From assembly GCF_035594765.1 (NCBI RefSeq), contig NC_085846.1:39109190-39173189 (forward strand): 64,000 nucleotides of DNA, written 5' to 3'. Below, in pieces: positions 48,601 through 61,234 of the stretch. The notes under the pieces are model-generated. The model searched no databases, was not told the origin of the DNA, and saw only the letters and a list, made by a program, of their open reading frames with translations. Position 1 is the stretch's first letter. The number at the start of each line of letters is the position of its first letter. The translations under genes were made by a program, and so were the position numbers. Source of the stretch: Anolis carolinensis (lineage: Eukaryota).

Positions 48601-49745
48601 GTAAGCATCTTTAGTATGAACACTCAAAAAACCTTAATTTTTTCCTCATGATTCTCCCCAATGCTTCATCTTAAAATGTTGAACTGCATCCAAGAATATA
48701 GCAGAGTTGCTATTCCTGTCGTATTTATATGTATTTTCTCCCCTGGTTTTCATATGCATGGGAATTTAACATCAGTATTATTACTCCTTTTTTAGGAAGA
48801 GGGAGGAGGAAAAGAAACGTGAAGTCCTGAACAATCCAGTAAAAATGAAGAAGATCAAAGAATTGGTGAGTTAATGTTGAATATTTCTGAGAAGAGGTCA
48901 AAATACATAAGAACAGCAGGAAAGTGAATTTTAGGACTTCTACTCTTTCTATGCTGTCTTCCAGTTAAAAGCGTGTTCAGGAAATTCCATCGTGCTGATG
49001 GATAAAAAAACTGCCAATATTCTGATGCTGTCTTAAATGTTATGGTGCAGACACACTTGAAATTCTGTGTACATTGGTCATTGTTGCATCCCAGAGAAAA
49101 TAACACAGACCAGAAAAAAGCTGTAGAAAATAGCATCCAAAATATGGAAGCGGTTTTCCTGTGAGAAAAGGTTGTGTTTTGAGTTTTGTAACTTAGAAAA
49201 ATATGAATGGGTCATTAATAGTATGGAAAACAATCATAATATGGATAACATGGATAAGATGGAGGATCCCCTCTTCTTTCATTATGCTAGAGTCTAAGGT
49301 CATCTGATGAAGCTAAATGGTGGGGGATTTGGGTGGGAAAAAACAGAAGAGCTTCTTTATATAATACAAGTGTATTTTGCTAGCAAAACAGGTAATGCTA
49401 GCTACCAAGTTCATTTTTTAAAGGGTTCGTGCTAGTAAAGGCTAGTTGATGATGTATAGGCAGTCTTTGTGTTACAAATGACTCATAGTTAAGAACGGGG
49501 GTGAAATAAAAGGAAGTGAGAGAAATCTGCCCTTAGGGAAAATAAATTCACTCCTGAAAGGGTTATCATGGGGAAAAAGTGTCTCAGCTGAAGCTTTATA
49601 ACCAATTCTTGTACCCACAACAAGCCAAATGTTTCAAAATCCAATCACAGGGACAGAAAATGAGGGGAAATATTCTGAACAGGGACACAGACAGCAAACG
49701 AACTCCACAAGGGTGTTAACCCTTTCCATTACATCCAAAGCTTTT

Positions 49746-49796
<51 letters not shown>

Positions 49797-52700
49797 TAGG
49801 GGAACCCTGGTGGCGAAGTGTGTTAAAGCACTGAGCTGCTGAACTTGCGGACCAAAAGGTCCCAGGTTCAAATCCCGGGAGCGGAATGAGCACCCGCTGT
49901 TAGCCCCAGCTCCTGCCAACCTAGCAGTTTGAAAACATGCAAATGTGAGTAGATCAATGGGTCCCGCTCCGGCGGGAAGGTAACAGCGCTCCATGCAGTC
50001 ATGCTGGCCGCATGACCTTGGAGGTGTCTACGGACAACGCCGGCTCTTCGGCTTAGAAATTGAGATGAGCACCAACCCTCAGAATCAGACATGGCTGGAC
50101 TTAACATCAGGGGAAACCTTTACCTATATATAGATGTATATATATTTATCTCAACAGAACCTATCTTGTTCATAACTTGGGGGCTCCCTGTATTTCCTTT
50201 AGCATTGTAAGATATATGCATGTGAATATCAATTTCCTGACAATAAAAGTAAGAAGATGCTGTTGTTCGTATCACTTACTTGTGGGCTTTACAAAGGGTT
50301 CTGGTGAGCCACCATGGGAACAGACTACTAACTAAGATAGGCCTGTGGTCTGATCCAGACAAATTCTTAAATTCTTGGAATAAATAGATTATAAAATCAC
50401 TTAGAAACACCATGAATAGTATGGAAATATTTTCACCCGCTTGGTATATCTACACTGTTGAATTAATACACCACTTTAACTGTCATGGCTCAGTGCTATG
50501 GAATTGACACTTTTTAACAAAAAAAGGCTAAAGATCTTGTAAAACTACAGTCCCCCTGACTTCATATAATTGGGCCATGGCAGTTAAAGCAGCACTAAAG
50601 TTAAACAAAAGGTTCAGTTAAAGCTGAACTAATTCTACAGTGTAGCTGCACCCATAACTTGTCTCTTGCTGTCTTCATATGTTCTAGCTGCAAAGCAGTT
50701 TGGATAAGAAGAAAAAGAAGAAGAAAAAGGATAAGAAAAAGAAACACAAGAAGCATAGGCACCACAGTCCTAGTAGCAGCGATGATGAGCAGAACAAAAT
50801 TAGGTACATACCTCTACCATGTATGGACAGCACCACTTAACATTTGCTTTACCCATTATTTTTCAATGTACTTTACAGTCTTTGTAATTTTGATCTTGCA
50901 AAGTGTCGCATTCCTTTTTTAGAGGTGTATGAAGGAGGGAATTAATTTCCTAAAGCTGCAGAGTTAATATTAAAGTTAAATTTTAAGCCAGACTCTCTCC
51001 ATGAAGTAACAGTGGCTCCATGGCTATTAATAACTGCTAATGTGGGGGCTTCCTGCTTTGTTGTCTACACTGCTCACTGATTACCTTGATAAAACTGCAG
51101 TGTCTTAGCCAAAAAGAATATTTGTACATTTCCATCCTACCTCTAAAGCAGCGGTTCTCAACCTGTGGGTCCCCAGGTGTTTTAGCCTACACCTCCCAGA
51201 AATCCCAGCCAGTTTATCAGCTGTTAAGATTTCTGGGAGTTGAAGGTCAAAAGATCTGGGGACCCACAGGTTGAGAACCACTGCTCTAAAAAACATATCA
51301 GAAGCCCCAGAGAAAGGGATTCCTGAATATCTGATCTGCTTCTCCTGTTTTACTCATTGGCCTGGGAGCTGGACAAGATTTGGCATTTATAGGATCAAAG
51401 AGGGGATAATCTGGGTCTCTCTGACCCAGCCAGGCAAAGGAATTGCAATTGAATTTTATTGAATTTTGCTTTAGGTCACGAGAAAAAATGGACAACTCTC
51501 CAGAAACATTTCACTCCAGGATGCCAGAGTATGGCTTGCAGGTATGGACAGCTATCCTTTCATTGCTCATTACATGTTTTTTTGGAGACAAACATTTGAT
51601 TGTTTGCTCTGTAACCACAGGAGTTTTGCCTTGCGCTAGCATTTACAACTGTCACATTTCTCTCATTCTAGATTCGAGGTAACGGTCATGACAAGGTGCT
51701 TTCGCATAAGCTACAACAGAGGAGTATGTCAAAAAGCCAATGCCTATCACCAGAGAGGCACTCTAGCAAGAAAGCTCAATATGAGGTGGAGCAGAGCAGT
51801 CGCAGGAGGTCAAGATCACCTAGAGACAATAAACAGTAAGCAGGGATGGGGCATCTACTGTGTTTTTCTATAGTTGGGTATCTTTTTTGTGCTGTGGAGT
51901 CCAAGCTGTGTATGTATAACTTAACTTAGATACTCAGCAATGCCTGAGTTAGTTTGTGCTGTTTATTCAAAATAGTCATTACGTTGTCAAAGGCTTTCAT
52001 GGCCGGAATTACTGGGTCACTGAGTTTTTCGGGCTGTGTGGCCATGAGAGAATGCTGCTGAAACATAGCCATACAGCCAGAAAAAATCACAGCCACCCAG
52101 AAATAGTCATTGTTTGGCTTTGAGTTTTAGGAATAATCCCATTACAAATTCATAAGGATGTAAGTAAACTACAACTCCCATCATATTCTGTCAGTTCCCC
52201 TCCTAGCCTGGAAGTGTTTTAAGTTGATTGTGATAGTTATGTGTGCAAAGTTTAGTCCAGATCCATTGTCAGAGAAATTGACACAGTTATTTGCCTGTGG
52301 GTGAACTTCAACTGCCATCATGTAGCCACCCTCAGTCCCCTGATGGGTGAGAAGGGTGGGGTAGAAGTGATGTAATAATCATCATCATCATCATCCTCGG
52401 TCAATCTCCCCCAAATCCACCAGTATTCAAAACTGGTCATTATAGGTATGCCTGTCAAGTGTGGTCCAGATCCATCATCAGTGGGGTTCACAGTTCTCTC
52501 TAGATGTGGGAGCCATCCTGAAAAATACATATATTGGTACATATTTTGACTCCTACTATGTATATACATTTGAATTCAGTTGCATATAGTGGGATATCAT
52601 CAAAAAGCAGGGCATGAATTATTTTGCCTTCCAACACAAAATTAAGTTATAATACAGCATAGAGAGAGGGCAGAGGAGTGGAATGAACCCAAATAGCTCA

Positions 52701-55472
52701 AATTTCATTGGGATCAGATAATCATTTTTATGGTTGAAATAAAATTCTTCTTGAATTGCAGGCACAACAGCAGGGACCAGAAGACAAAAGCAGGAGGGAG
52801 GAGTCTTTCTCCTAAAAGAGAAAGCTACAGAAGGCAACAAATCTCAAGGTAAGCTGGGCAGCTATAGTAACATTATAATATAGATATTGTGTCTTATGTA
52901 ATATTTATGTAATAACTATTGATCTTATGTACATTGTAAGCCTGAGGGCAAATTAGCATTGTGTAAGCTGTTCTGAGTGCTTTTGTGGCTGAGGAGCAGG
53001 ATAAAACATTCATAAATATAAAGAGTAAAATGACAGTAATAGTGAATATTCATTTCACAACATTAGATTGTGTCATAGGATAATAACTTTATAGAGATAT
53101 GCATGCAAGAAGCATGAAAAGGAATGGAAAAACAAAGAGGGCCCCACTGTGTTTCAGTGTGTTGACCCAAAACAGCCAAATATGATCCATATTTTTAAAA
53201 GCCACCTTCCTAAATGCTAGGACTAGAAACATGCTCCTGTTTTTGAAATCAGCAGCATATAATGGGAGTGAAGAACCCCAACATGTAGGGATTACCACAC
53301 GGAGGCTTCAAAGCAGCATTATTCTGCCATGCGGACCACTCCAAAAGCAAATTTCTTAGACAAGGGATATTGAGAGATGGTTTTGCCAGTTCCTTCCTCC
53401 AAAATATAGCTCACAGCACCTGGTGCTCATTGGCAGTCTCCCATTCAAGTACTAACTAGGAATGACCCTGCTTAGCTTTAAGACCAGACAGGAGTGTTAA
53501 AGCAGTGTTAAAGGTTGGAACACTGCATATGGCCACAAGAATTTGTAAGAACAGGTCTTGGTGCTTCAGATAGCTTCCAGGATAAATCCTTACTCAACAT
53601 AATGATGCTTCATTTGTTGCTGCCTTGACATAAGTAATCTTTAATTCCATGCTCCTTATAACACAGTGGTGATGGTGGTCCCTGTCTCCATTTACAATAG
53701 CTGGGAGCTTGGTTTATAGCTGAAAGGGGATGTGGTGTGAACCTCAACATAATAGTCTATTGTGCTTCCAGTTTTGATCTGTAATCCTGAGTGGCTAAAA
53801 TCATCCTTGCTTGTTTGCTCTAAGCAGAAAACTCACAGCAGAAGAACTGGAGAAGAAACGGAAAGAAATGATAGAGAATGCTAAGTGGCGGGAAGAGGAA
53901 AGGGCGACCAATGTGCACAGACATAGAAAAGAAGAGGAACGAGAGCGAGCCCTGGAGAAACTTGGCCGGAATGATGGGAAGTTTATACAGTAAGTGTCCT
54001 CCTTCTTCCATTCTCAAATGTTTTCAGCCACAGAGCCCTTTTTGAAACAAAAGTTTCTCATGGAATCCCAAGAAATGTTTATATATTTCTATGTTTTTAT
54101 GGCACGAGCAAACCTTTTGACCAAAACAAACTTGACAATATTTTAGTGGAAGACCCCAGGGGCCATCCAGTCCAACCTCCTTCTGCCATGCAGGAAAAAC
54201 ATAATCAAAGCACCCCCAACAGATGGTCATCCAGCCTTTATAATAATGATATCAACAATAATAGCAGAAACCCCAGAAGCTATCCATTTCAACTCCCTTC
54301 TCTATTTTCCTCATCCTAATAATCCAGATACTATTGTTTATTTGGGTGCAGGGGATCTCAAGATATATATGCCCATGTGTCCTACTTTATACTCTCCTTT
54401 CCTATGTCTTTCTGTTCTCACCAATTCTGAGAAGAAACAAATGCAGTGAAACTTTGACTTACAGGCGAACCAACTTACAAGTTGTTTGAGTTACAAGCTG
54501 TTGCTTGGTTGATTTTTGCTTTTGACATGCGAGCCGAGATTTGAGTTACAAGCTAGTGCAAGAACTACTGTGAGAGTTTGCCACCTACCATCTTAAGCAG
54601 GGCTTTAAAGGAGCAGCCAGGAAAGCTCTTTGCTCTTGTCCTTGCTGTTATTTCTGCCAACCCAGGGCTTTAGGAGATTGTGGGAAAGCTGAGGGGCCAG
54701 AAGTCTATCATCTGTAAACTTTTATCCTGATTAAAATAGGCAAGTTACACAGATACTTGTCATTCTAATAGATCATTACAGAAGAATTTTACTGGGGTTT
54801 CCCCTTAAAGCAGGAAAAGGAAATGTATGTTATAGGCTTATAACCTTCCAATCCTGCCCCTCCTCCAATCGCGAGAGAACTTCCCTTCCTGATACTGGCC
54901 TCACTCATTTTAGAAACATTTTGAAAGGAAGGAAGAATCAAACCTCCCTGGGCATGTTTTTATTGAAACACCTTGCCGGTAAAAGCAAGGAAAGTGTGTT
55001 GAGAAAGGCAAATGTTAGTAAAGAAGAAGAAAATTAAATGAAGTGTGATCTTGAAGGAAAATACCTACCCTACACTTAATAAATCTAATGTATTCTCTAC
55101 ATTTTATGAATTATTTTAATACAGTATTTGTTAGTTAGAAAGTACATTTTTCTTATTTAAAAACACATAGCAAAAATTGTGTAGTTTCCGGGGCGCTGGA
55201 ATGTATTAATAGCATTTCAATGGGGAAATGTGATTGGACATAAGCGTGATTACAGGACAAATTAAACTCGTAAATCAAGGTATCACTGTACTTTTAAAGC
55301 TAAAAATGTGACTTTCTTAATCTTAATCACATTTTCTCCTCTCTTCTTCTCCTCTAGCCATATGAAGCTGGAGAGTGCATCTACTTCCTCTCTTGAAGAT
55401 CGAGTCAAAAGGAACATTCACTCCATTCAAAGGACTGCAGCTGCCTTGGAAAAGAATTTCATGCAGAGATGA
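45617..55472 (+). CDS. CWC25: Pre-mRNA-splicing factor CWC25, 10 exons, about 402 aa
   Basis: Exons 45617-45634, 47645-47817, 48290-48526, 48796-48865, 50688-50803, 51475-51541, 51672-51835, 52762-52848, 53828-53989, 55358-55472, total 1209 nt, phases consistent. [44 protein letters not shown]...KLEWMYQGPGG...KIREDPLFMIRKREEEKKREVLNNPVKMKKIKELL...SSLEDRVKRNIHSIQRTAAALEKNFMQR*. Confidence 0.96.
51149..51283. mobile_element. hAT MITE
   Basis: TIR CAGCGGTTCTCAACCTGTGGGTCCCC...GGGGACCCACAGGTTGAGAACCACTG, TSD CTCTAAAG/CTCTAAAA. Second copy at about 63125-63258. Confidence 0.85.
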
Positions 55473-57471
55473 GATTCACTTTTTTCTTCATGAGACCCTT
55501 GAGAACTTGCATTTGAGGCATGCTTTTTTAACCTCAAAGGAATGAGAGAAACAGAAAAACTGACCATGAGACTTTCACAGCCTTTGATCAGCTTTCTTTT
55601 CTCTGTGAGAGATGTGAGAGCAATGAACGACAGTTCATTGCAATGCATTGCTACAAAGACAGTTCTAAAATACACGAACTTGGTGTTTAAAAATTCTCTA
55701 GGTGGCTTTTTTTGTTTAACTTGGTGTGCTCATTAGCCATTTTAGCAGAACCTGTGTCTTTTATTTGATGCACCATAATTTCCCCATAGTGTGGAAGGGC
55801 TTCAGGATTTAGACATAGGAGTATGAAATAATGCAAGTTGCTGCCTCATATGTTCACATCCACAATAGACATCAGTAGTAAGAAGGAGGGCAAGAAAATG
55901 AGAAAAATAACCGCCGCCGCCCCCCCCCCCCCCAAAAAAAACTAGCATTTTATTATTTGATATTCCCAAATATCAAATAAGGAATCATTTAGGAATAGCT
56001 TAGGGCAGCTGGTGTTTGGACAGGTCCAGACTGACAGTGAGATCCATTGAAGAATGCAAAAGCTCATTTTCTGTCTTCCTGGCTTGTTTTTCTCTATTCT
56101 TCAAGAACGGTGTTTCCTTCAGCCCAGTCACTGCTTACAACCTTTAAACAAGGTTTTTGACACATATCTAATACTACAGAACCAGTAGCTCCTTTTTAAA
56201 AAATGGGAAATGTATTTGTGTTTTATGAAGACTTCTCTGTGTAGACACAAAACAATTTTTTGAAATAGACATGCATACTTTAGGGAGAAAAAGCAAAAAG
56301 TAACTTTGGGTCCAATAGAACTTTAATACAGCATTATTCTGTATATATTTTCTTTGGTAATGTTGTAAATATTGAACTTTGTATATCTGTGTGGCATTTA
56401 TTATAATGCATTTGAAGCAGCCAATGTGTTTGTATCATTAAGAAGAGGTTTATGTTATAGGCTAGAGCTTTTCCAACTGTGTCACTGAGTTGGCTGCAGT
56501 GCGTAGGTGGTCGTGCGTATGTGATGAAAAAGGAGAAAAAATCTTGGAAATCCATGTTATCTTCCAAATCATATATTTTTAAAAACATAAAATGAAAGGT
56601 TTTCACAAGATATGTTGTGTCCTCGTGTTTTGTTATTACAATTTATATATGTGTCTATATCTCTTCTAAGGGGTTGGTTTTAAGCTCTGGTTTGTTAGTA
56701 AAGTGGAATAACTGTGTTGCCAAATGACGCATGTTTAAAAGGTGTGTCATCAACATGAAATTTTTGGAAAGCTCTGTTATAGGCTGTTGAAAATAATGTA
56801 GGCTTCCTTTAGTAGGAAAGCACAGCAGTTGCCAAACCAAAAAAAATCATTATTTTCCAGTCAATAACAACTAGCTTTCTAGAATGGGGAGGAAAGTAGT
56901 TGTACTCTCTGCCATATAGGTGCTCTCTAGAACGCCTTTGGGCTACATACTGAAAAATGGCCAAATAAAAGGGGATTATAAAGAGTGCCGTCTCCAATCA
57001 AACCAAAAGTAATTTGATATTTTGTTTACATAGTAAAGCACATTGCCTTGGGGTCATGAGTGCAATAGCCACCTCCCTCTTGGATTCCTCTATAACTTCT
57101 GACAGGCAGCCAAATATTTAGTTAATATATTTTGTATCTCCCAGAACTGCAATCTAGCATTAAAACGTTTATATTTAAACAGCCTGCATAGTTCCAGATG
57201 TTTTCTAACATTTGTATATCAGTAAGCAATATTCAAGAGTCCTGATGAAACTATAAATTGGCAGAGCAATACTTTCAACATACCTTAATATAACACTTTG
57301 TAATATGATTTTTGTTTGTGGGTTATAAATGTCATTTCCGAATTGGTTCTATCATAAAAACATGAAAATGTTTATTAAACTGCAAAAAGGTTTTTGTGGG
57401 ATATCCTGCAGCACATTTTGGTATAGCTTTTCAATGAATATCTCAGAATCTCAAACAATTCACCATAATTG

Positions 57472-58857
57472 TTGTTTATTCGTTTATCTGCTTCCGACTC
57501 TTCAGGACTTCATGAACCAGCCCACGGCAGAGCTTCCTGTCAGCTGTTGCCACCCCCAGCTCCTTCAAGGTCAAGCCAGTCATTCCAAGGATAACATCGA
57601 TCCAGCTTGCCCTTGGTCGGCCTCTCTTCCTTTTTCCTTCCATTTTCCCCAGCATCATTCTCTTCTCCAAGCTTTCCTATCTTCTCATTATGTGGCCAAA
57701 GTACTTCATCTTTGCCTCTAATATTCTTCCCTCCAGTGAGCAGCCGGGCATTATTTCCTGGAGGATGGACTGGTTGGATCTTCTTGCGGTCCAAGGCACT
57801 CTCAGGATTTGCCTCCAACACCACAGTTCAAATGTGTCTGTTTGCCTTTGCTCAACCTTCCTTATGGTCCAGCTCTCGCATCCATAGGTTACCATTGTTT
57901 TAACTATGCGGACCTTCGTTGCCAGTGTGCTTTTCACTATTTTATCAAGGTTGGCCATTGCTCTCTTCCCAAGAAGTAAACGTTTTCTGATTTCCTGGCT
58001 GCAGTCTGTGTCTGTAGTAATCTTCGCACCTAGAAATATAAAGTCTGTCACTGCTTCCACGTTTTCTCCCTCTATTTGCCAGTTATCACTCAGTCTGGTT
58101 GCCATAATCTTGGTTTCCTTGATGTTTAACTGCAACTCAGCTTTTGCACTTTCTTCTTTCACCTTGGTGATAAGGCTCCTCAGCTCCTCCTCGCTTCCAG
58201 CCATCAGAGTGGTATCATCTGCATACCTACGGTTGTCAATGTTTCTTCCAGCCATGTTTAACTCCAGCCTTGGATTCATCAAGCCCCTCACGTTGTATGA
58301 TGTATTTTGCATACAAGTTGAATAGGTAGGGTAAGAGTATACAGCCCTGCCATGTTCCTTTCCCAATCTTGAACCAGTTTGTTGTTCTGTGGTCTGTTCT
58401 TACTGTGACTACTTGGTCTTTATACAGATTTCTCAGGAGACAGACAAGATGACTTGGTATCCTCATATCACCAAGAACATGCCACAATTTATTATGATCC
58501 ACATTGAAAGGCTTTAGAATAGTCAATAAAACAGAAATAGATGTTTTTCTGAAACTCCCTGGCTTCCTCCATTATCCAGCGGATATTACCAATTTGGTCT
58601 CTCATTCCTCTGCCTTTTCTAAACCCAACTTATACATCTGGCACCTCTCGCTCCATGTATTGCTGGAGTCTGCCTTGCAGGATCTTGAGCATTACTTTAC
58701 TGGCATGGGAAATTAGTGCCGCTGTACGGAAGTTTGAGCATTCTTTAGCATTTCCCTTTTTTGGTATGGGAATATAAATTGACTTTTTCCAATCTGATGG
58801 CCATTCTTGTGTTTTCCATATTTACTGGCATATGGCATGCATCACCTTGACAGCATC
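57472..58857 (-). mobile_element. RTE-clade BovB-like LINE, 5'-truncated and degenerate
   Basis: RT peptide AGRNIDNRRYADDTTLMAGSEEELRSL..KVKEESAK..L.LNIK.TKIMA...FIFLGAKIT.D.DCSQEIRKRLLLG...YGCESWTIRK and GKMEGKRKRGRPRASWID. Confidence 0.9.
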
Positions 58858-59689
58858 AAGTTCAAGTTCACTTTATTACAGTCAGTGACCAGCTCATAAG
58901 AAGGACACAGTCCTACACAAACACATCTGGTCTAAGGGTCAGGAAATTTAAAACTTTAAAACTTCAAAACTTTAAAACTCTAAAACTTTAAAATAAGTGC
59001 ATTGCCAGGACATCAAGACAATTAAGCCAAAGCCATATACAGGATTATATCAAAACCCAACACAATTAGTGGAAGCAAAAGAAGGAGAGTCTGAAGGGAG
59101 GGAGTTGAAGTGTTCATGTGGCAGAGGGAAGGGAAGTCCAGTCAAACAGAGGAGGGAGCAACATCTATGCTACAATGAAAAGACTAATCCCAATTTCCTG
59201 CTAGTATGAATCTTGACTTGTACTAGCTTGTGCTATTAGTCATTGACTGTTATATTTTAATCGCTGCTGTGCAGAACTTGGCGACATTATAAGTTATAGC
59301 CGAGTTTGATCTGAAAGCAGCAGGGAGATGTAAAATTGTCAAGAGCGTCTTGGGTGTTTCTATAGCCATGGCATAATGAGGCGGGATCAAATATCTCTAT
59401 AGAACAGGCACTGAAGAAGCACATGTTCCCTTGTCTCTATGTTTGACAGCAACATCTTTCAAGATTTCAAACAGTTCAGCTGGGATCGTCGTCTCCTACT
59501 GCTTTGTTATTAGCAATGCTTCTTGAGGCCCATTCAACCTCATTCCTCAGGATGCCATAGAGCACATGTATATCTATTTTTTTTCTATACCCGTTTAGTG
59601 GGCAGCCTTCCTCTAAATATGCAAATTTACATGGACTGGCAAATACCAATACACGCTGAATAAGTAAGTGCCCATAGTGAGAGCCGCTT

Positions 59690-60400
59690 TGCTTCCCGTC
59701 TGTCTCCAGGCTGGCGCAGAGCTCTGTTCTTCTCAAAGGCGTCGCTGTCCGTCCAATGAGACGCCCCGGGACGTTCCGTGGTAATCCTCCATTCATAATT
59801 CCAGGGGTCTCACCGTTGATTGGTTGCCGAGACCTTAAAACGAAGAGGGGCGGTCCTATCTTACTACGTCACTGCCTCTTTCCGAACGTACCACTATTAC
59901 AACAAGGGGGAGTGAGCGGAAGAGTTGCTGACCCCTCAGGCTGCATCTCCTTTGGAGCTCAGTCTCCGTTGACCATTTTGTCTGCCAGGAAAATAGCACT
60001 GGTCTCACTTAATCGTCGTTTTTTCATATATATATTCCACGTCTTCCCCTCCAACGGCAATGGTACATCCTTCTCCGCCCCCTCCCTCCGGCCGCCGCCA
60101 TCTTGGCGCCTCCTTTGCGCAGGAGCCGAGCTGGGAGTTCGTTCCGCGGTGGAGCAAACCACCGAGTCCGAAGCGCGGGGGGTAGGCGGGGCGAAGCCAC
60201 ATCCTGGCAGCGGGAGAAACTATCCGATGGCTGCTGTGAGAACGGGGCGATCTTAGGTCCAGTTTGGAAGGATCTGGGAGGGCACCATTTGGCAGCTGAC
60301 AGGGGGGTGGGGCCGGGACCCTACCATTTGCGAAAGAGGGGAGAGCTTGGGTTTTTTTGGGCTAAACCATTGCGACTACGGGGGGGGGAGGGGTGTATAT
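59690..60400 (+). promoter_or_regulatory. PIP4K2B: CpG island promoter of PIP4K2B
   Basis: Dense CpG, CCAAT (59753) and ATTGG (59819), GC box (~59846), TACGTCA (~59864), ETS GCGGAAG (~59916), YY1 GCCGCCATCTTGG (~60094). Confidence 0.75.
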
Positions 60401-60953
60401 GCCTTTGGTTGTTACTGTTACAAATGATTCATATGCATGTCTATGAACGTCCGAGTGATAGCGCTGAGTGGGTGGTACCACTGCAACTGCATTCGGTAGG
60501 GTGTCCCACTATCTATTCGGCTCTAAGCGTAGGAAAGAGGGAGGGGCTGGACTGTACCATTTGGAGAAGTAAAGGAACAGCACAGATTTGATGGGGGAGT
60601 CCGTTGTGAATAGTGAGGGAGGATCAATTGGGAGGCTATACTACGGGTGACACCATTTGAGGCAGAGAGGGGAGGACAGGAGGGACCACTTTGAATTTGG
60701 AGGAGTGTGGTAATCCCCAAGTGACACCCTAAAGTAAAAGAGGTGCCAGGTAAAAGAGCCATAGCATTAGTAAGTGGATATTAGAAGTACAGAGGACAGG
60801 CCTCTTTTGTCCCCTTTCTATTGGGCCAATGGGTAGGAGTACTTAGGAGTGAGAGTCATCAGATGGGCCCAAGCCGTGCCATGCCAAGGCCGTCCTCTTG
60901 TTAGGAGGCAGGGGTTTCTTCAAGCAGGCCGCCCGGAGGGTCTTCTCGCTGCC

Positions 60954-61130
60954 ATGGCTTCGAATTGCACTGGAAACACCTCGGCCGCCAGCGTGGCCGC
61001 CACTCTGGGCAGCGCCCTCAGCGCTTCCAAGACCAAGACCAAGAAGAAGCACTTTGTCTGCCAGAAAGTGAAGCTCTTCCGCGCCTCGGAGCCCCTCCTG
61101 AGCGTCCTGATGTGGGGAGTCAACCACACG
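60954..61130 (+). CDS. PIP4K2B: Phosphatidylinositol-5-phosphate 4-kinase type 2 beta, first coding exon (gene continues beyond window)
   Basis: Kozak [66 protein letters not shown] then phase-0 donor GTGAGT. The [15 protein letters not shown] motif and the position next to CWC25 indicate the beta paralogue. Confidence 0.95.
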
Positions 61131-61234
61131 GTGAGTGGGAGCTTGCGCGCCTTCTTACTTCCACACCACATTCTTAAGAAAGTGGTACCCATCCCGACGC
61201 ATGTGGGGATGGGCACCGTGCCACCGAATGTGTC

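Noticed and set aside
57677-58366. 229-aa ORF as a host or domesticated gene
   Set aside because: It is a BovB RT fragment with frameshifts on both sides and internal deletions.
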